A DNA stretch of 64,000 nucleotides, taken from a virus. The stretch is from IMG/VR virus record IMGVR_UViG_3300035180_002599, positions 29,310 to 93,309 of that record; one strand, written 5' to 3'. Positions 20,268 through 29,962 of this stretch are shown here, piece after piece. Numbering within the stretch: the stretch's first letter is position 1; each line of letters opens with the position of its first letter. The notes beneath the pieces were generated by a model. The model did no database searches, was not told the origin of the DNA, and worked only from the letters and a program-made list of their open reading frames with translations. Made by a program: the position numbers and the translations under genes.

Positions 20268-20666
20268 GTGACACCATCAGAATATATTAAATTAGTTTTA
20301 AAAACAGAAAGTACAAAAGATCCAGTCAAATCAGAATATGGTGTTAATTCCCGTATTCTTCATGCATGTATGGGAACGGTTACAGAATCCGCAGAATTAA
20401 TAGATGCTTGTAAAAAGTCTATGTTTTATGGAAAGACTTTAGATAAAGTAAATTTAGCAGAAGAAGCTGGTGATATTTTATGGTATATAGCTGTATTATG
20501 TGATGAGCTTAATATTACGTTTGAAGAATTATTTGAGGTGAATATTAATAAATTGAAAAAACGTTACGGTGACAAATTCAGTGATGAAAAAGCAGAAAAC
20601 CGTGATATTGACTCCGAAAGAAAAATTCTAGAAGATGGACATTCATCTTTAATAAAAGGCTCATAA
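20268..20666 (+). CDS. MazG-like NTP pyrophosphohydrolase
   Basis: ESAELID..KK, EEAGDILWY, NINKLKKRY. Confidence 0.9.
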   Translation: MTPSEYIKLVLKTESTKDPVKSEYGVNSRILHACMGTVTESAELIDACKKSMFYGKTLDKVNLAEEAGDILWYIAVLCDELNITFEELFEVNINKLKKRYGDKFSDEKAENRDIDSERKILEDGHSSLIKGS

Positions 20667-21517
20667 TGAAAAAAGTTAAAAACGATTTCTTCCCAATTGT
20701 TTCACCAAAACCAGATGACAACATGAAAAATAATGAACATCATACATTGTTCATTAAACAAGAAGAAGGTGAATCTGTAAAGATTTCTCCTGATTATAAA
20801 AGATTCATTATGTATCTAACTGATTTTGCTGAAGATTCACGAGGACTACATGAAACTTATAATGTTCTAAGAGAAGCCGGAGATGATGATATATTAGAGA
20901 TTAGAATAAGCTCTCATGGCGGTTTTATCAAAGAAGGACAAATTTTACACAATATTATAACAGAAATATTTGATGGCAGATGTGTAACTGTATTGGATCC
21001 TATGGGGTATTCAATGGGTGCGCTTGCATTTTGTATGGGAGATTATCGTTTAGTATATGAATCTTCAGAAATTATGTTCCATAATTACAGCACCGGGTTG
21101 TGGGGTAAAGGTAATGAAATTTTAGCTCATATGAAACATACAGATAAAAGTATTAAAGACTTTTTTGATTCTGTAGTAATTGGTTTGACTGATGCAGAAA
21201 AAGAAACGTTGTATGCTGGCGGAGATTTTTGGTTTAATGCTAAAGAGATGTGTCAACGAGGTATAGCAACTTCAGTTTCTGTAGGGCCACATGTATTTGA
21301 TGCTGAAGATTATCTTGAATTGTTGAAGCGTATGGGAAAAGAAGCTAAAGCAAAAGGTATCAAAAAACGTATTAAAACTTTGCGAGAAGCTCAAAAGATT
21401 TATGAAATTGATGTGGTTACTCCATTCATTGAAGAAAAAATGAAAGAAGAAGCAGAAGCATCAAAAGAATCAGAAGAAGTTAATAAAAAAGAAACAAAAA
21501 AAGGAAAAACAAAATGA
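20666..21517 (+). CDS. ClpP-like serine protease
   Basis: ISSHGG, YSMG (Ser), MFH (His), DFWF (Asp). Confidence 0.88.
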   Translation: MKKVKNDFFPIVSPKPDDNMKNNEHHTLFIKQEEGESVKISPDYKRFIMYLTDFAEDSRGLHETYNVLREAGDDDILEIRISSHGGFIKEGQILHNIITEIFDGRCVTVLDPMGYSMGALAFCMGDYRLVYESSEIMFHNYSTGLWGKGNEILAHMKHTDKSIKDFFDSVVIGLTDAEKETLYAGGDFWFNAKEMCQRGIATSVSVGPHVFDAEDYLELLKRMGKEAKAKGIKKRIKTLREAQKIYEIDVVTPFIEEKMKEEAEASKESEEVNKKETKKGKTK

Positions 21518-22113
21518 GTATTATAGAACCAGAATCAATTACACCAGAACCAGTACAAATTATTTGTATTCTTGACCGTTCTGGGTCAATGTCATCTTTA
21601 GTGTCCGATGTTATCGGATCTTACAACACGTTTATTGAGAAACAAAAATCTGAACCGGGTGAAGCTGAAGTAACTCTTGTTTTGTTTGATACTCAGTATG
21701 AAGAAGTTTACAGCAAAGTTAATGTTAAAGAAGTTCCTTTGTTGGATAACAAAACTTATTTTGCTAGAGGAGGTACGGCACTATTAGATGCCGTTGGTAG
21801 AGCTATTTCTTCTTGTAATGCAGAAGATGCTATTGTGTTGATTCAAACAGATGGTGAAGAAAACTCTAGCAGAGAGTTCACTAAAGAAAAATTAAAAGAA
21901 CTGATTTCCAAAAAAGAAAAAGCCGGCTGGGATTTCATTTTCTTAGGCGCTAATATTGATGCCTTTTCTACAGGGGCTTCATTTGGATTGTCCCCTTCAA
22001 AATCTGTTCAATATACGGCAAATTCAGCTGGTATTGACCAAGCATTCATGGCTATGAGTACTGGTACCGCAAATTACAGAGCTAGTAAGCTTGGTAAATT
22101 TAACATATCTTAA
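21514..22113 (+). CDS. von Willebrand factor A domain protein
   Basis: DRSGSM MIDAS, GGTALLDA, QTDGEENSS, FLGANID. Confidence 0.92.
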   Translation: MSIIEPESITPEPVQIICILDRSGSMSSLVSDVIGSYNTFIEKQKSEPGEAEVTLVLFDTQYEEVYSKVNVKEVPLLDNKTYFARGGTALLDAVGRAISSCNAEDAIVLIQTDGEENSSREFTKEKLKELISKKEKAGWDFIFLGANIDAFSTGASFGLSPSKSVQYTANSAGIDQAFMAMSTGTANYRASKLGKFNIS

Positions 22114-22147
22114 TCAAAGATATGTTAAAATATTAAAAAGGTAATAT

Positions 22148-22747
22148 ATGATAATAAGAAAATTATTTAAATTTGAAGGTGCTCATATTGTTAGAAATTG
22201 TTCATCTGATAGATGTAAGAGATCTTTACATGGTCATAGCTATGTAGTAGAATGTTTTTTCTCTTCTAAAGGATTAGATCAAGGACAAATGGTCATGGAT
22301 TTTGGTTTAATGAAAGGTACTGTAAAAGATCTAATTGATTCATTTGACCACGCTTATAGTATGTGGAATAAAGAATCTGAGGATTTTAAAAATTTCATTT
22401 ATGAAAATTCAGCTAGATGGATTTCAATGCCAGTTTCTCCTAGTGCAGAAGCTTATTCTTTAATGTTATTTTATATCATTGATAAAATTGTAAAAGCTAC
22501 AGAATTCAATAACGGTGAAAAAGAAGTAGAGCTGGTTTCGGTTAGAGTACATGAGACAACCACTGGATATGCAGAATCGTTTAGAGCTGATTTAGAATAT
22601 TTCCCATTTAATTTGATGGATATAACATTTAGTGAGCAAATAAAATCAGAATGGCACGATCCGGAAATGTATGATAAATTGATTCAATATAATCAACGAC
22701 CTATGAAAAAACCGTTTGTCAACCCTATAGTTGTTCAGCAAGTTTAA
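22148..22747 (+). CDS. queD: 6-carboxy-5,6,7,8-tetrahydropterin synthase
   Basis: AH...C...LHGHSY, MDFG, FDH, PSAE, VHET; resembles the Campylobacterota long form. Confidence 0.93.
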   Translation: MIIRKLFKFEGAHIVRNCSSDRCKRSLHGHSYVVECFFSSKGLDQGQMVMDFGLMKGTVKDLIDSFDHAYSMWNKESEDFKNFIYENSARWISMPVSPSAEAYSLMLFYIIDKIVKATEFNNGEKEVELVSVRVHETTTGYAESFRADLEYFPFNLMDITFSEQIKSEWHDPEMYDKLIQYNQRPMKKPFVNPIVVQQV

Positions 22748-23040
22748 TGAAAGTATCCGAGTTTGAAACCATTTTTGCTAAGGAGTTATCCTTAGCAATG
22801 TCCCATATCTTGGGGTATGATGTTAAAATCACTGCGTTTCATGATACTAATCATTATGAAGATATGATAATTATTCAATTGTATTGTCCAAATCAATTTA
22901 AAGCAATTGACGGTACAGTAAAAGAGTTTAAAAATTTTGCTATTTCTCATAAAATTAAAGAGTTAAAATGGGAAGATTGTTATAATCATACCCAATGGTG
23001 TTTAAATTTTCTGGACATATATCCAGAAATTTTGTTATAA
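22747..23040 (+). CDS. Hypothetical protein (C-terminal YPEILL)
   Basis: Coupled ORF. Confidence 0.7.
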   Translation: MKVSEFETIFAKELSLAMSHILGYDVKITAFHDTNHYEDMIIIQLYCPNQFKAIDGTVKEFKNFAISHKIKELKWEDCYNHTQWCLNFLDIYPEILL

Positions 23041-23092
23041 ATATTTTACAGGTTATCCTGAAAATAAAAAAATCGTTGAAAAAGGTAAAAAA

Positions 23093-24142
23093 ATGTCGTT
23101 GATTGATAAATTAAGAAAAAACTCTACTATTAAAGAAGCGTCGGTTCTAAGCGAATCTAAATTCTTCACAGAAAAAGAACAAATCCCTACAGATATTCCT
23201 ATGTTAAATGTTGCATTGGGTGGAAGTATTCAAGGTGGTCTAGGTGCGGGTTTGACCATGATTGCCGGTCCGTCTAAACACTTTAAATCAAATTTTGCAT
23301 TGAAAATGGTCAGCACTTTTTTAGCAAAGAAAAAAGATGGCGTTGTAATGTTTTATGATTCAGAGTTCGGCTCTCCTGATAGTTACTTCAAAAGTTTTGG
23401 CATTAATACAGATAATGTTTTGCATCTCCCTATTAAAAATGTAGAGGAATTGAAATTTGACATTGTGAAACAACTTGAAGAATTGGATAAAAAAGATAAT
23501 GTAATGATTCTAATTGACTCGATTGGGAATCTTGCAAGCAAAAAAGAAATTGATGATGCATTGAAAGAAAATGCGGCTGCGGATATGTCAAGAGCTAAAC
23601 AATTGAAATCTTTGTTCCGTATGGTAACTCCATATCTTACATTCAAAGATATTCCTATGATTGTTATTAATCATACTTATCAAGAGATTGGATTGTTTCC
23701 GAAACAAATAGTTGGCGGAGGTACTGGGTCTACTTATTCTGCAAATGCTGTTTGGATTGTTGGTCGTTCACAAGAAAAAACAGGTACTGAGATTACTGGA
23801 TGGAACTTCACTATCAATATTGAAAAATCACGGTTTGTTAAAGAAAAATCTAAAATTGAAATTAATGTTACTTATGATGGTGGTATTGATAAATTTTCAG
23901 GACTTTTGGATAATGCATTGGAAGGTGGATATGTAATTAAACCATCGAATGGATGGTATTCACGCGCGCATATTCCAGATGATAAAAAATTCCGAGAAAA
24001 AGATACTCATACTGATGATTTTTGGAACACTATTCTTAATGATACGAACTTTCCTTCATATCTTGAGAAAAAATATAAACTAGTTACGGATATAAGTTTT
24101 GATAACGTTTTGGTTGAAGAACCAGATGAAGATGACGTTTGA
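23093..24142 (+). CDS. uvsX: RecA-like recombinase
   Basis: AGPSKHFKS, FYDSEFG, DSIGNLASKKE, INHTY, EKSRFVKEKS; TATAAATA at 23036-23043. Confidence 0.97.
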   Translation: MSLIDKLRKNSTIKEASVLSESKFFTEKEQIPTDIPMLNVALGGSIQGGLGAGLTMIAGPSKHFKSNFALKMVSTFLAKKKDGVVMFYDSEFGSPDSYFKSFGINTDNVLHLPIKNVEELKFDIVKQLEELDKKDNVMILIDSIGNLASKKEIDDALKENAAADMSRAKQLKSLFRMVTPYLTFKDIPMIVINHTYQEIGLFPKQIVGGGTGSTYSANAVWIVGRSQEKTGTEITGWNFTINIEKSRFVKEKSKIEINVTYDGGIDKFSGLLDNALEGGYVIKPSNGWYSRAHIPDDKKFREKDTHTDDFWNTILNDTNFPSYLEKKYKLVTDISFDNVLVEEPDEDDV

Positions 24143-24611
24143 TTCTTTCATAAATCCTCTTGAAAAAAGAGGTACATATTCTGCAATAAAATTTTCTAAA
24201 GAATCCGTAGAAACGCTCATTAACAAAATAAATGATTTACAAATACCGAACCCAATAGATAAAGAAGATATTCATTGCACTTTAATATACAGCAGAAAAT
24301 ATTTACCTTATTATGAAGCTACCACTCCTATGAAATTTGAATTCCCTATTTCATGCGGGGATTTAGATTTATTTGGAGAAAATAGAAATATATTAGTTCT
24401 TAAATTGAATTCTAAGATATTGACGTTCAGACATAATGAAATAATGTCAGATTATTCGGGTGTTTATGACTACGATGAGTATATTCCTCATATAACTTTA
24501 TCTTATGATGTTGGAAACTTTGATATTTCTTCAATCAAAGCAGCATTCAAAAATATAAAATTAAAATCACAAATCGAATATTCAGAACCGCTAGATTTAT
24601 CTGATAAATAA
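24126..24611 (+). CDS. acb1: 2H phosphodiesterase, anti-CBASS Acb1 (T4 57B)-like
   Basis: Two HxT motifs (HCTL, HITL) plus IPNPI, YSR, LVLKLNS..L..RH, Y.PHITLSYDVG and EY.EPL, collinear with T4 57B as recalled; start 24126 or 24132. Confidence 0.88.
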   Translation: MKMTFDSFINPLEKRGTYSAIKFSKESVETLINKINDLQIPNPIDKEDIHCTLIYSRKYLPYYEATTPMKFEFPISCGDLDLFGENRNILVLKLNSKILTFRHNEIMSDYSGVYDYDEYIPHITLSYDVGNFDISSIKAAFKNIKLKSQIEYSEPLDLSDK

Positions 24612-24636
24612 GATTAGATAAACAATCGAGGTAAAT

Positions 24637-25182
24637 ATGGAAAAATTTAGTAAATACAATGCTCAATTAGAACTTAATGAAGCTATGTTCAATTTGGTGG
24701 TTGCCATGAGTTTTAATGAAGATCTAAATGAAGGTAAAATTGATAATTTTGCTAATAAATTTGGAATGAAAATTCATAAAAGCAACGGGTTAATAGATTA
24801 TATAAAAAAATTCACTATGGCTACGGGAAAATTACTTTTAGCCGCTATAAAAGGTGACGCTGAAACTGTTAAAAAAATTGCTACGTCAGTTACAAAAGAA
24901 GAATTTATTGACTTTCTTTTAAAACTAGATATGGCTACATTGCATTTGATTACTGGACCTATTCACATGATTGATGCAATAACTGGATGGGATCTTTCAG
25001 CAAACCTTCAACACTATACTGGACATGTTAAAGATGTGGTTGTTAAATCTGTTAAAGATGCTTTAGATTATGTAAAAGATAAAATAGATAACTTCATGGC
25101 TCCTGGTGAAAAACGGGAAGAGATGGAAAAACACGTAATAACTTTACAAAAATTAGCAGATCCTGCTTTATTGGCAGCTTAG
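24637..25182 (+). CDS. Putative internal virion protein
   Basis: GATAAATA at 24603-24610; MEKFSKY..LELNE leader and LNE repeats. Confidence 0.6.
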   Translation: MEKFSKYNAQLELNEAMFNLVVAMSFNEDLNEGKIDNFANKFGMKIHKSNGLIDYIKKFTMATGKLLLAAIKGDAETVKKIATSVTKEEFIDFLLKLDMATLHLITGPIHMIDAITGWDLSANLQHYTGHVKDVVVKSVKDALDYVKDKIDNFMAPGEKREEMEKHVITLQKLADPALLAA

Positions 25183-25193
25183 GAGAAAAATAT

Positions 25194-26192
25194 ATGTGTG
25201 TTATAGTAGCAGCGAAATTACCAAGAAATAAAAAAACAGGCTTACCAGAAAAAGACGCTCAATGGCGTTTAGCAAAAATTAGAGATAGAACATATTCCCC
25301 TACTTATAAATTGAAACGTTATACAGTAAATGAAGTAGGTGCATCTCAAATATTTCTTGTAGACCTTGACACGGATTGGACTGAAGGATTATCTATTCAC
25401 CCAGATGGATCTTATATGGGAATGGTAAATTCAGCTCTTAATAATTCAAGCGATAAGAAAGACGATGGAAGTAAATCATCTTCAGAAGGTTCTATTTCTG
25501 TAAATGGTAAAGCTATTAGAAGAGCTTTAAAACTTCATAATATCGAAAAAGCAGTTGAACTATTAAAAGAATATAAATTTGATGGAAATACATTCCTTAC
25601 AGATGGTGATCGTTTGTTCATCATGGAGACATACCTTCCTGCTGAAGTTAAAGACAAATACCGTTCTAAAATAGAAGGAACAAACAAACGTTTTGAAGAT
25701 GTAGTTCCTCCCGAGGAATATGTAGTAAGCACTAAAGAAATTAAAAAAGATTATTTAGTTGTAAGAGCTAATTCTGGAGTATTAGATCCAGACGGTGGTT
25801 ATGTAGAAGTTGATGGTGATAGTTATGAGTCTTCTCAAAAAAGAAGAGAATACACTATGAAGTTCATTGAAGAATCTGTTTATGAACCAATTGAATTAAT
25901 AACTAAATTATCTAGACTAGGACGAGATGATATAGACAAAAATCCGTTTTTCAGACCAATTAGATTGAAAGGAAAAGCTAAATCAAAAGACAATCCAAAC
26001 GTTGAAATATTTAGCACATCTATTATCCAATTGGACCCAGCAGGAACTATGATCTTAAAACCAATAGAATGTAAAGTTGAGGATGTAAGTGTCAATAAAT
26101 TAGTTTCTGGTAAATATTTAGCAAATCTTGTAATTTTACCAGAAAGTTCACCAATGTTTGAAAATTTCAGAACATTTGTATTACAAAAATAA
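25194..26192 (+). CDS. Ntn-hydrolase with N-terminal Cys nucleophile
   Basis: MCVIVAAK start, KIRDR, W.EG, VVRANSG, SSQKRR pattern of the C45/NRDE-like Ntn fold. Confidence 0.7.
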   Translation: MCVIVAAKLPRNKKTGLPEKDAQWRLAKIRDRTYSPTYKLKRYTVNEVGASQIFLVDLDTDWTEGLSIHPDGSYMGMVNSALNNSSDKKDDGSKSSSEGSISVNGKAIRRALKLHNIEKAVELLKEYKFDGNTFLTDGDRLFIMETYLPAEVKDKYRSKIEGTNKRFEDVVPPEEYVVSTKEIKKDYLVVRANSGVLDPDGGYVEVDGDSYESSQKRREYTMKFIEESVYEPIELITKLSRLGRDDIDKNPFFRPIRLKGKAKSKDNPNVEIFSTSIIQLDPAGTMILKPIECKVEDVSVNKLVSGKYLANLVILPESSPMFENFRTFVLQK

Positions 26193-26221
26193 GGGCATAG
26201 CCCTTATTGAGAGAAAACCTA

Positions 26222-26974
26222 ATGAATAAATTTAGCCAATTTGTAAATGAAAATGATTATAACTTGTTTGTAAAAACTGCAGATCTTTATATAGAAAATC
26301 CGTTTTTATATCAACAACAATTAAATGAGGGTATTCTAGACTTTTTTAAAGATAAAATACAATTTATAAAAGACTTGGCTGAAAAATTTTCAATTGATGT
26401 AGTAAATCTGTTGAAAATCTTCAAAGAAAAATATGTATTTGGTTTTTTCTCAAAAATAGGTTGGTCTATGGCTAAACTAGTTGAACTAGTGCAAAAAGGT
26501 CATAAAATACAAAAGAATTTACATGATATTATTTTTAAATGGGCTAAAGAACACGGAGTAACGAAATGGACTGATGATAAAATCAAGTTACTAGATGAGT
26601 ATTTAAATCATCACCCTTATTTAAAAACTGTAACAGGACTTGCTGTTGCTGGTTTTTTGATTTATCAATGGACTAATTTAATTTCATTTACGGGTGAAGT
26701 AGATTTTGATTTTGACCAAACATCTTTATTTCAAGCATTAACAGGGTCATTTTCTTTAACTGATATATTTGGTGGAGAAAATGGATTAAAATTATTAACT
26801 TTTATAACCACAGGAACATTATTTAATATATCTCTTCCGTATCCAGGAGGAACTTGGGTCTTATTCGTGTTTAGCATTATTTACACAGTATCTAAATACA
26901 AATTCCCTCAAATCGCTAATTCAATGAAACCGATGCTGAAAAAAGTATCAGTTCTTAAAAAAGAGAAAATATGA
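26222..26974 (+). CDS. Putative internal virion protein with hydrophobic C-terminal half
   Basis: MNKFSQFVNE leader, LNEG site, 2-3 hydrophobic segments. Confidence 0.65.
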   Translation: MNKFSQFVNENDYNLFVKTADLYIENPFLYQQQLNEGILDFFKDKIQFIKDLAEKFSIDVVNLLKIFKEKYVFGFFSKIGWSMAKLVELVQKGHKIQKNLHDIIFKWAKEHGVTKWTDDKIKLLDEYLNHHPYLKTVTGLAVAGFLIYQWTNLISFTGEVDFDFDQTSLFQALTGSFSLTDIFGGENGLKLLTFITTGTLFNISLPYPGGTWVLFVFSIIYTVSKYKFPQIANSMKPMLKKVSVLKKEKI

Positions 26975-27086
26975 CATTCAATATATGCCCAATATGTGGT
27001 TCAGTTTATTCTGATATTATTTGTTTTAAATGTGCCAAAAATAATTTTATTTTAAGATAGCTATGATTATATAAAGGAAAAAGAAT

Positions 27087-28097
27087 ATGAATTATGATTT
27101 ACAAACTTTCAAAAATATGTTACCAGATGGATATACGCTTTTGTATGTAACAAAATCTGGATCTCAGTTGTACGGGACAAATACACCAAGATCCGATACC
27201 GATTATAAAGGTGTTTATGCACCATCTGTTTATAGTTTAGTAACCAAAACAGATTTAGAAGAAGTTAAAAACGACACCGGAAATGACAAAACAAAAAACA
27301 GTGCAGATGATGTGGATTGTACTTTAGATTCATTAGGTAAATTTTTTCTATTGCTCTCTAAAGGTGAAACTGGAGCATTGGACGTATTATTCTCTATGTT
27401 TCGTGAGGATACTATAGTTTATGCAGAGCCAACATTTTTAGAACACATGAAAACTGTGTATAAAGGTTTTTTAAGCTCAAACACTAAAGCGTTCATGGGA
27501 TATTGTTTTCAACAAGCTACGAAATACGGCCTTAAAGGTAAACGATATGATTCATTGATGAAATTATTCAATGAAGCGTCTCCTTTAAATTCATCTAAAG
27601 ATCTTACCGTTGCTGATTGGTTGGGAAATTTAGACTTTTCTACATTTGATGAAGCTCACGTAAAAGTAACTAGCAAAGATAATGGTGAATATTTGTATGT
27701 TCTGGGGCGGGAATTTCATATGAAAATGCCCATGAAAGATGCGGGTCCCGTTTTGGAGAAAATGAAAGGAATGTATGGTGAAAGAACCAAACAAGCATCA
27801 GAATCAGCTAATGGATCCACTGATTGGAAAGCCTTATCTCATGCAGTTCGTGTTGTTGAAGAAGCAAAAGAATTATTGACAGATGAGTTCATAACGTTTC
27901 CATTAAAAAATGCAGAATATGTTAAACTTGTCAAACAAGGAAAATGTTCTGTAGAAAATGTAATGGAAACATTAGAACAAGAAATGAACACAGTAGAAAA
28001 TTTGCTACTAAGTACTAAATTACCTTCAGAAGTTGATAAGAATTTTGTGGATACAACTTTGTATTCAATAATAGATTTTTACAAAGCTCAAGCCTGA
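27087..28097 (+). CDS. Pol-beta superfamily nucleotidyltransferase (T4 NrdC.11/RlaP-like)
   Basis: GSQLYGT.TP.SDTDYKGV; DWKALSHAVR. Confidence 0.88.
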   Translation: MNYDLQTFKNMLPDGYTLLYVTKSGSQLYGTNTPRSDTDYKGVYAPSVYSLVTKTDLEEVKNDTGNDKTKNSADDVDCTLDSLGKFFLLLSKGETGALDVLFSMFREDTIVYAEPTFLEHMKTVYKGFLSSNTKAFMGYCFQQATKYGLKGKRYDSLMKLFNEASPLNSSKDLTVADWLGNLDFSTFDEAHVKVTSKDNGEYLYVLGREFHMKMPMKDAGPVLEKMKGMYGERTKQASESANGSTDWKALSHAVRVVEEAKELLTDEFITFPLKNAEYVKLVKQGKCSVENVMETLEQEMNTVENLLLSTKLPSEVDKNFVDTTLYSIIDFYKAQA

Positions 28098-28196
28098 TTA
28101 ACTCATGTAGCCCATCCCGCCAATTTTTTGGTTGGGTTTTTTGAACTATGTTATTTAAAAAATTTAATCTAGCTTTTTTGTAAGCCAGAACAAATG

Positions 28197-28934
28197 TCAT
28201 TGTTGCCCCATTCCTTCTAATATTTTTAATAAGTCTTTATATGTTCTTATAACCGAAAAAGATGTAATAATATGATTCTGCTGTAATCATTATTTCATTA
28301 TTTTTATATGTACTATAATCAGGCATTGAACCGGATTTTGTATATGTATCCACCACAGTTGTTAACCATTTAGTTGAAGGTTCTTCATTAAATTTAGATG
28401 CAGTATTATTTTTTTAATCTGTGTACAGTTGGCCAAAACTATTATTTCCAAGAAAATCAGGTACTGTTAAACCAAACGAATCTGCAAGATCCTTTACAAC
28501 ATCATCCTTATAAGTATAACCAAGTGTTGTAATCATTTCTACTGATTTTGGGAGATAAAGTAATCTTGTCATATCTTTTACTACTTTTGAAAAATAGAAA
28601 GTTGAACCTGGTTTAGGTATAATAATTGCAGTCTCCCCAAGTTGTTTAAATGAGTTAGCAAGACTAATTGAATATGTACAAAATAATGATGATCGAAGTT
28701 TTACACCGAACTTTTTATTAAACAAAGAATCCATTTTCTCTGATAGTTCTTTTGATGTGTTTAACGGGGCCCTATCTGTCCTAATTTTAAACTCACCAAA
28801 TGTATCAAGTTTTTTTTGCAAATCCTCGAAACAAACAATGATTTTTTTCTAATTTTTGTGAGAATAATTTGTTGACGGATAGTATCAAAATTGTCTGTAA
28901 AATCATTTTCCAATACAAATCGTCTAAAATTCAT
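28197..28934 (-). pseudogene. Frameshifted paralog of 28959-29741
   Basis: Starts MNFRRFVLE; KLEKNHCLFRGF, RAPLNT, PKPGSTFY, DMT and NEIMI..SYYY fall in different frames. Confidence 0.75.
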
Positions 28935-28958
28935 TGCTTTATCGGCTTTACTTTTAAT

Positions 28959-29741
28959 TTAATCATTGGATACATCATTAAAGGCTTTTTTCATATCTTC
29001 TAGAAATACTAGTAGATTTGCATATGTATCAATACCTGAATAATTTGGCACTTTTACATAATAATATGAGTCATTTTCAATCATAATTTCATTAGACTTG
29101 TATTGGTTATATGGAGGAAAGCTGGAAAATTTTTTATATGTCTCAGCAGTTCTTTTAAATACTTCGTTGATTAAACTAAAATCTATATTCTTATTTTTTG
29201 AAGCTATTATCTTCATATATAAGTTAGAAAATCTACTACTACCTAAATCCATAGGTTTCATACCAACACTCTTAGCAAGCTCATCTTGCTCATCTTTTGA
29301 AAATCCTATTTTATCTAACATAACATCCATATTAAGATCATAAAAAAATTGTGTCATATCAGGGATTATTGAAGATGCATAAAATGTACTTCCAGCTTTT
29401 GGTACAACTATACCAATATTTCCCATATTAAAACTAAGACCAGTATAAGACATTGCAATTTTAGGTGAAAATGTGGCGAATGTTGTTGATGAACGAATGG
29501 GTTTATTGAATAATTTAACAAATTCTTCATCCATTTTTGTAGATAAAACTTTACCGGTATCTAATGGTTTTCTAAATTGTCTAATCGTTTTTTCTCCAAC
29601 TGGGTCGATAGGTTTTAAGAAACCACGATAAAGACAATGAGTTTTTTCTAATTTTTGAGACTTAATAGATTCTATAATTTGTAACAGAATACCTTCAAAT
29701 TTATTATTTTTAGTCTCCAGTACAAATCGTTTAAAATGCAT
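28959..29741 (-). CDS. Putative virion-packaged protein, possible ADP-ribosyltransferase fold
   Basis: MHFKRFVLE leader; LYRG...STTFATFS...NEIM resembles the R-S-E triad. Confidence 0.5.
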   Translation of the reverse strand: MHFKRFVLETKNNKFEGILLQIIESIKSQKLEKTHCLYRGFLKPIDPVGEKTIRQFRKPLDTGKVLSTKMDEEFVKLFNKPIRSSTTFATFSPKIAMSYTGLSFNMGNIGIVVPKAGSTFYASSIIPDMTQFFYDLNMDVMLDKIGFSKDEQDELAKSVGMKPMDLGSSRFSNLYMKIIASKNKNIDFSLINEVFKRTAETYKKFSSFPPYNQYKSNEIMIENDSYYYVKVPNYSGIDTYANLLVFLEDMKKAFNDVSND

Positions 29742-29941
29742 TATTTCTTTCCTTTACCTTTAATCCAACCATCAGAAACATCATTAAAGAATTTCTTCAT
29801 CTCTTCTTCATCAAGTTCGGCAGGAGAACTAACATTATATTTTTTCAGCATATCTTGAAAGTATTCTTGATACTCATCTTGAAGTGATTTTTCCTCTACA
29901 ACGATTTCATCGCTAATATAATCTGAAAACTTAAAACTCAT
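29741..29941 (-). CDS. Small acidic late protein
   Basis: MSFKFSDY leader; YQEYFQDMLKKYNVSSPAEL...KKFF motif. Confidence 0.7.
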   Translation of the reverse strand: MSFKFSDYISDEIVVEEKSLQDEYQEYFQDMLKKYNVSSPAELDEEEMKKFFNDVSDGWIKGKGKK

Positions 29942-29962
29942 ATTAATTCCTTTTTCTTTTAT

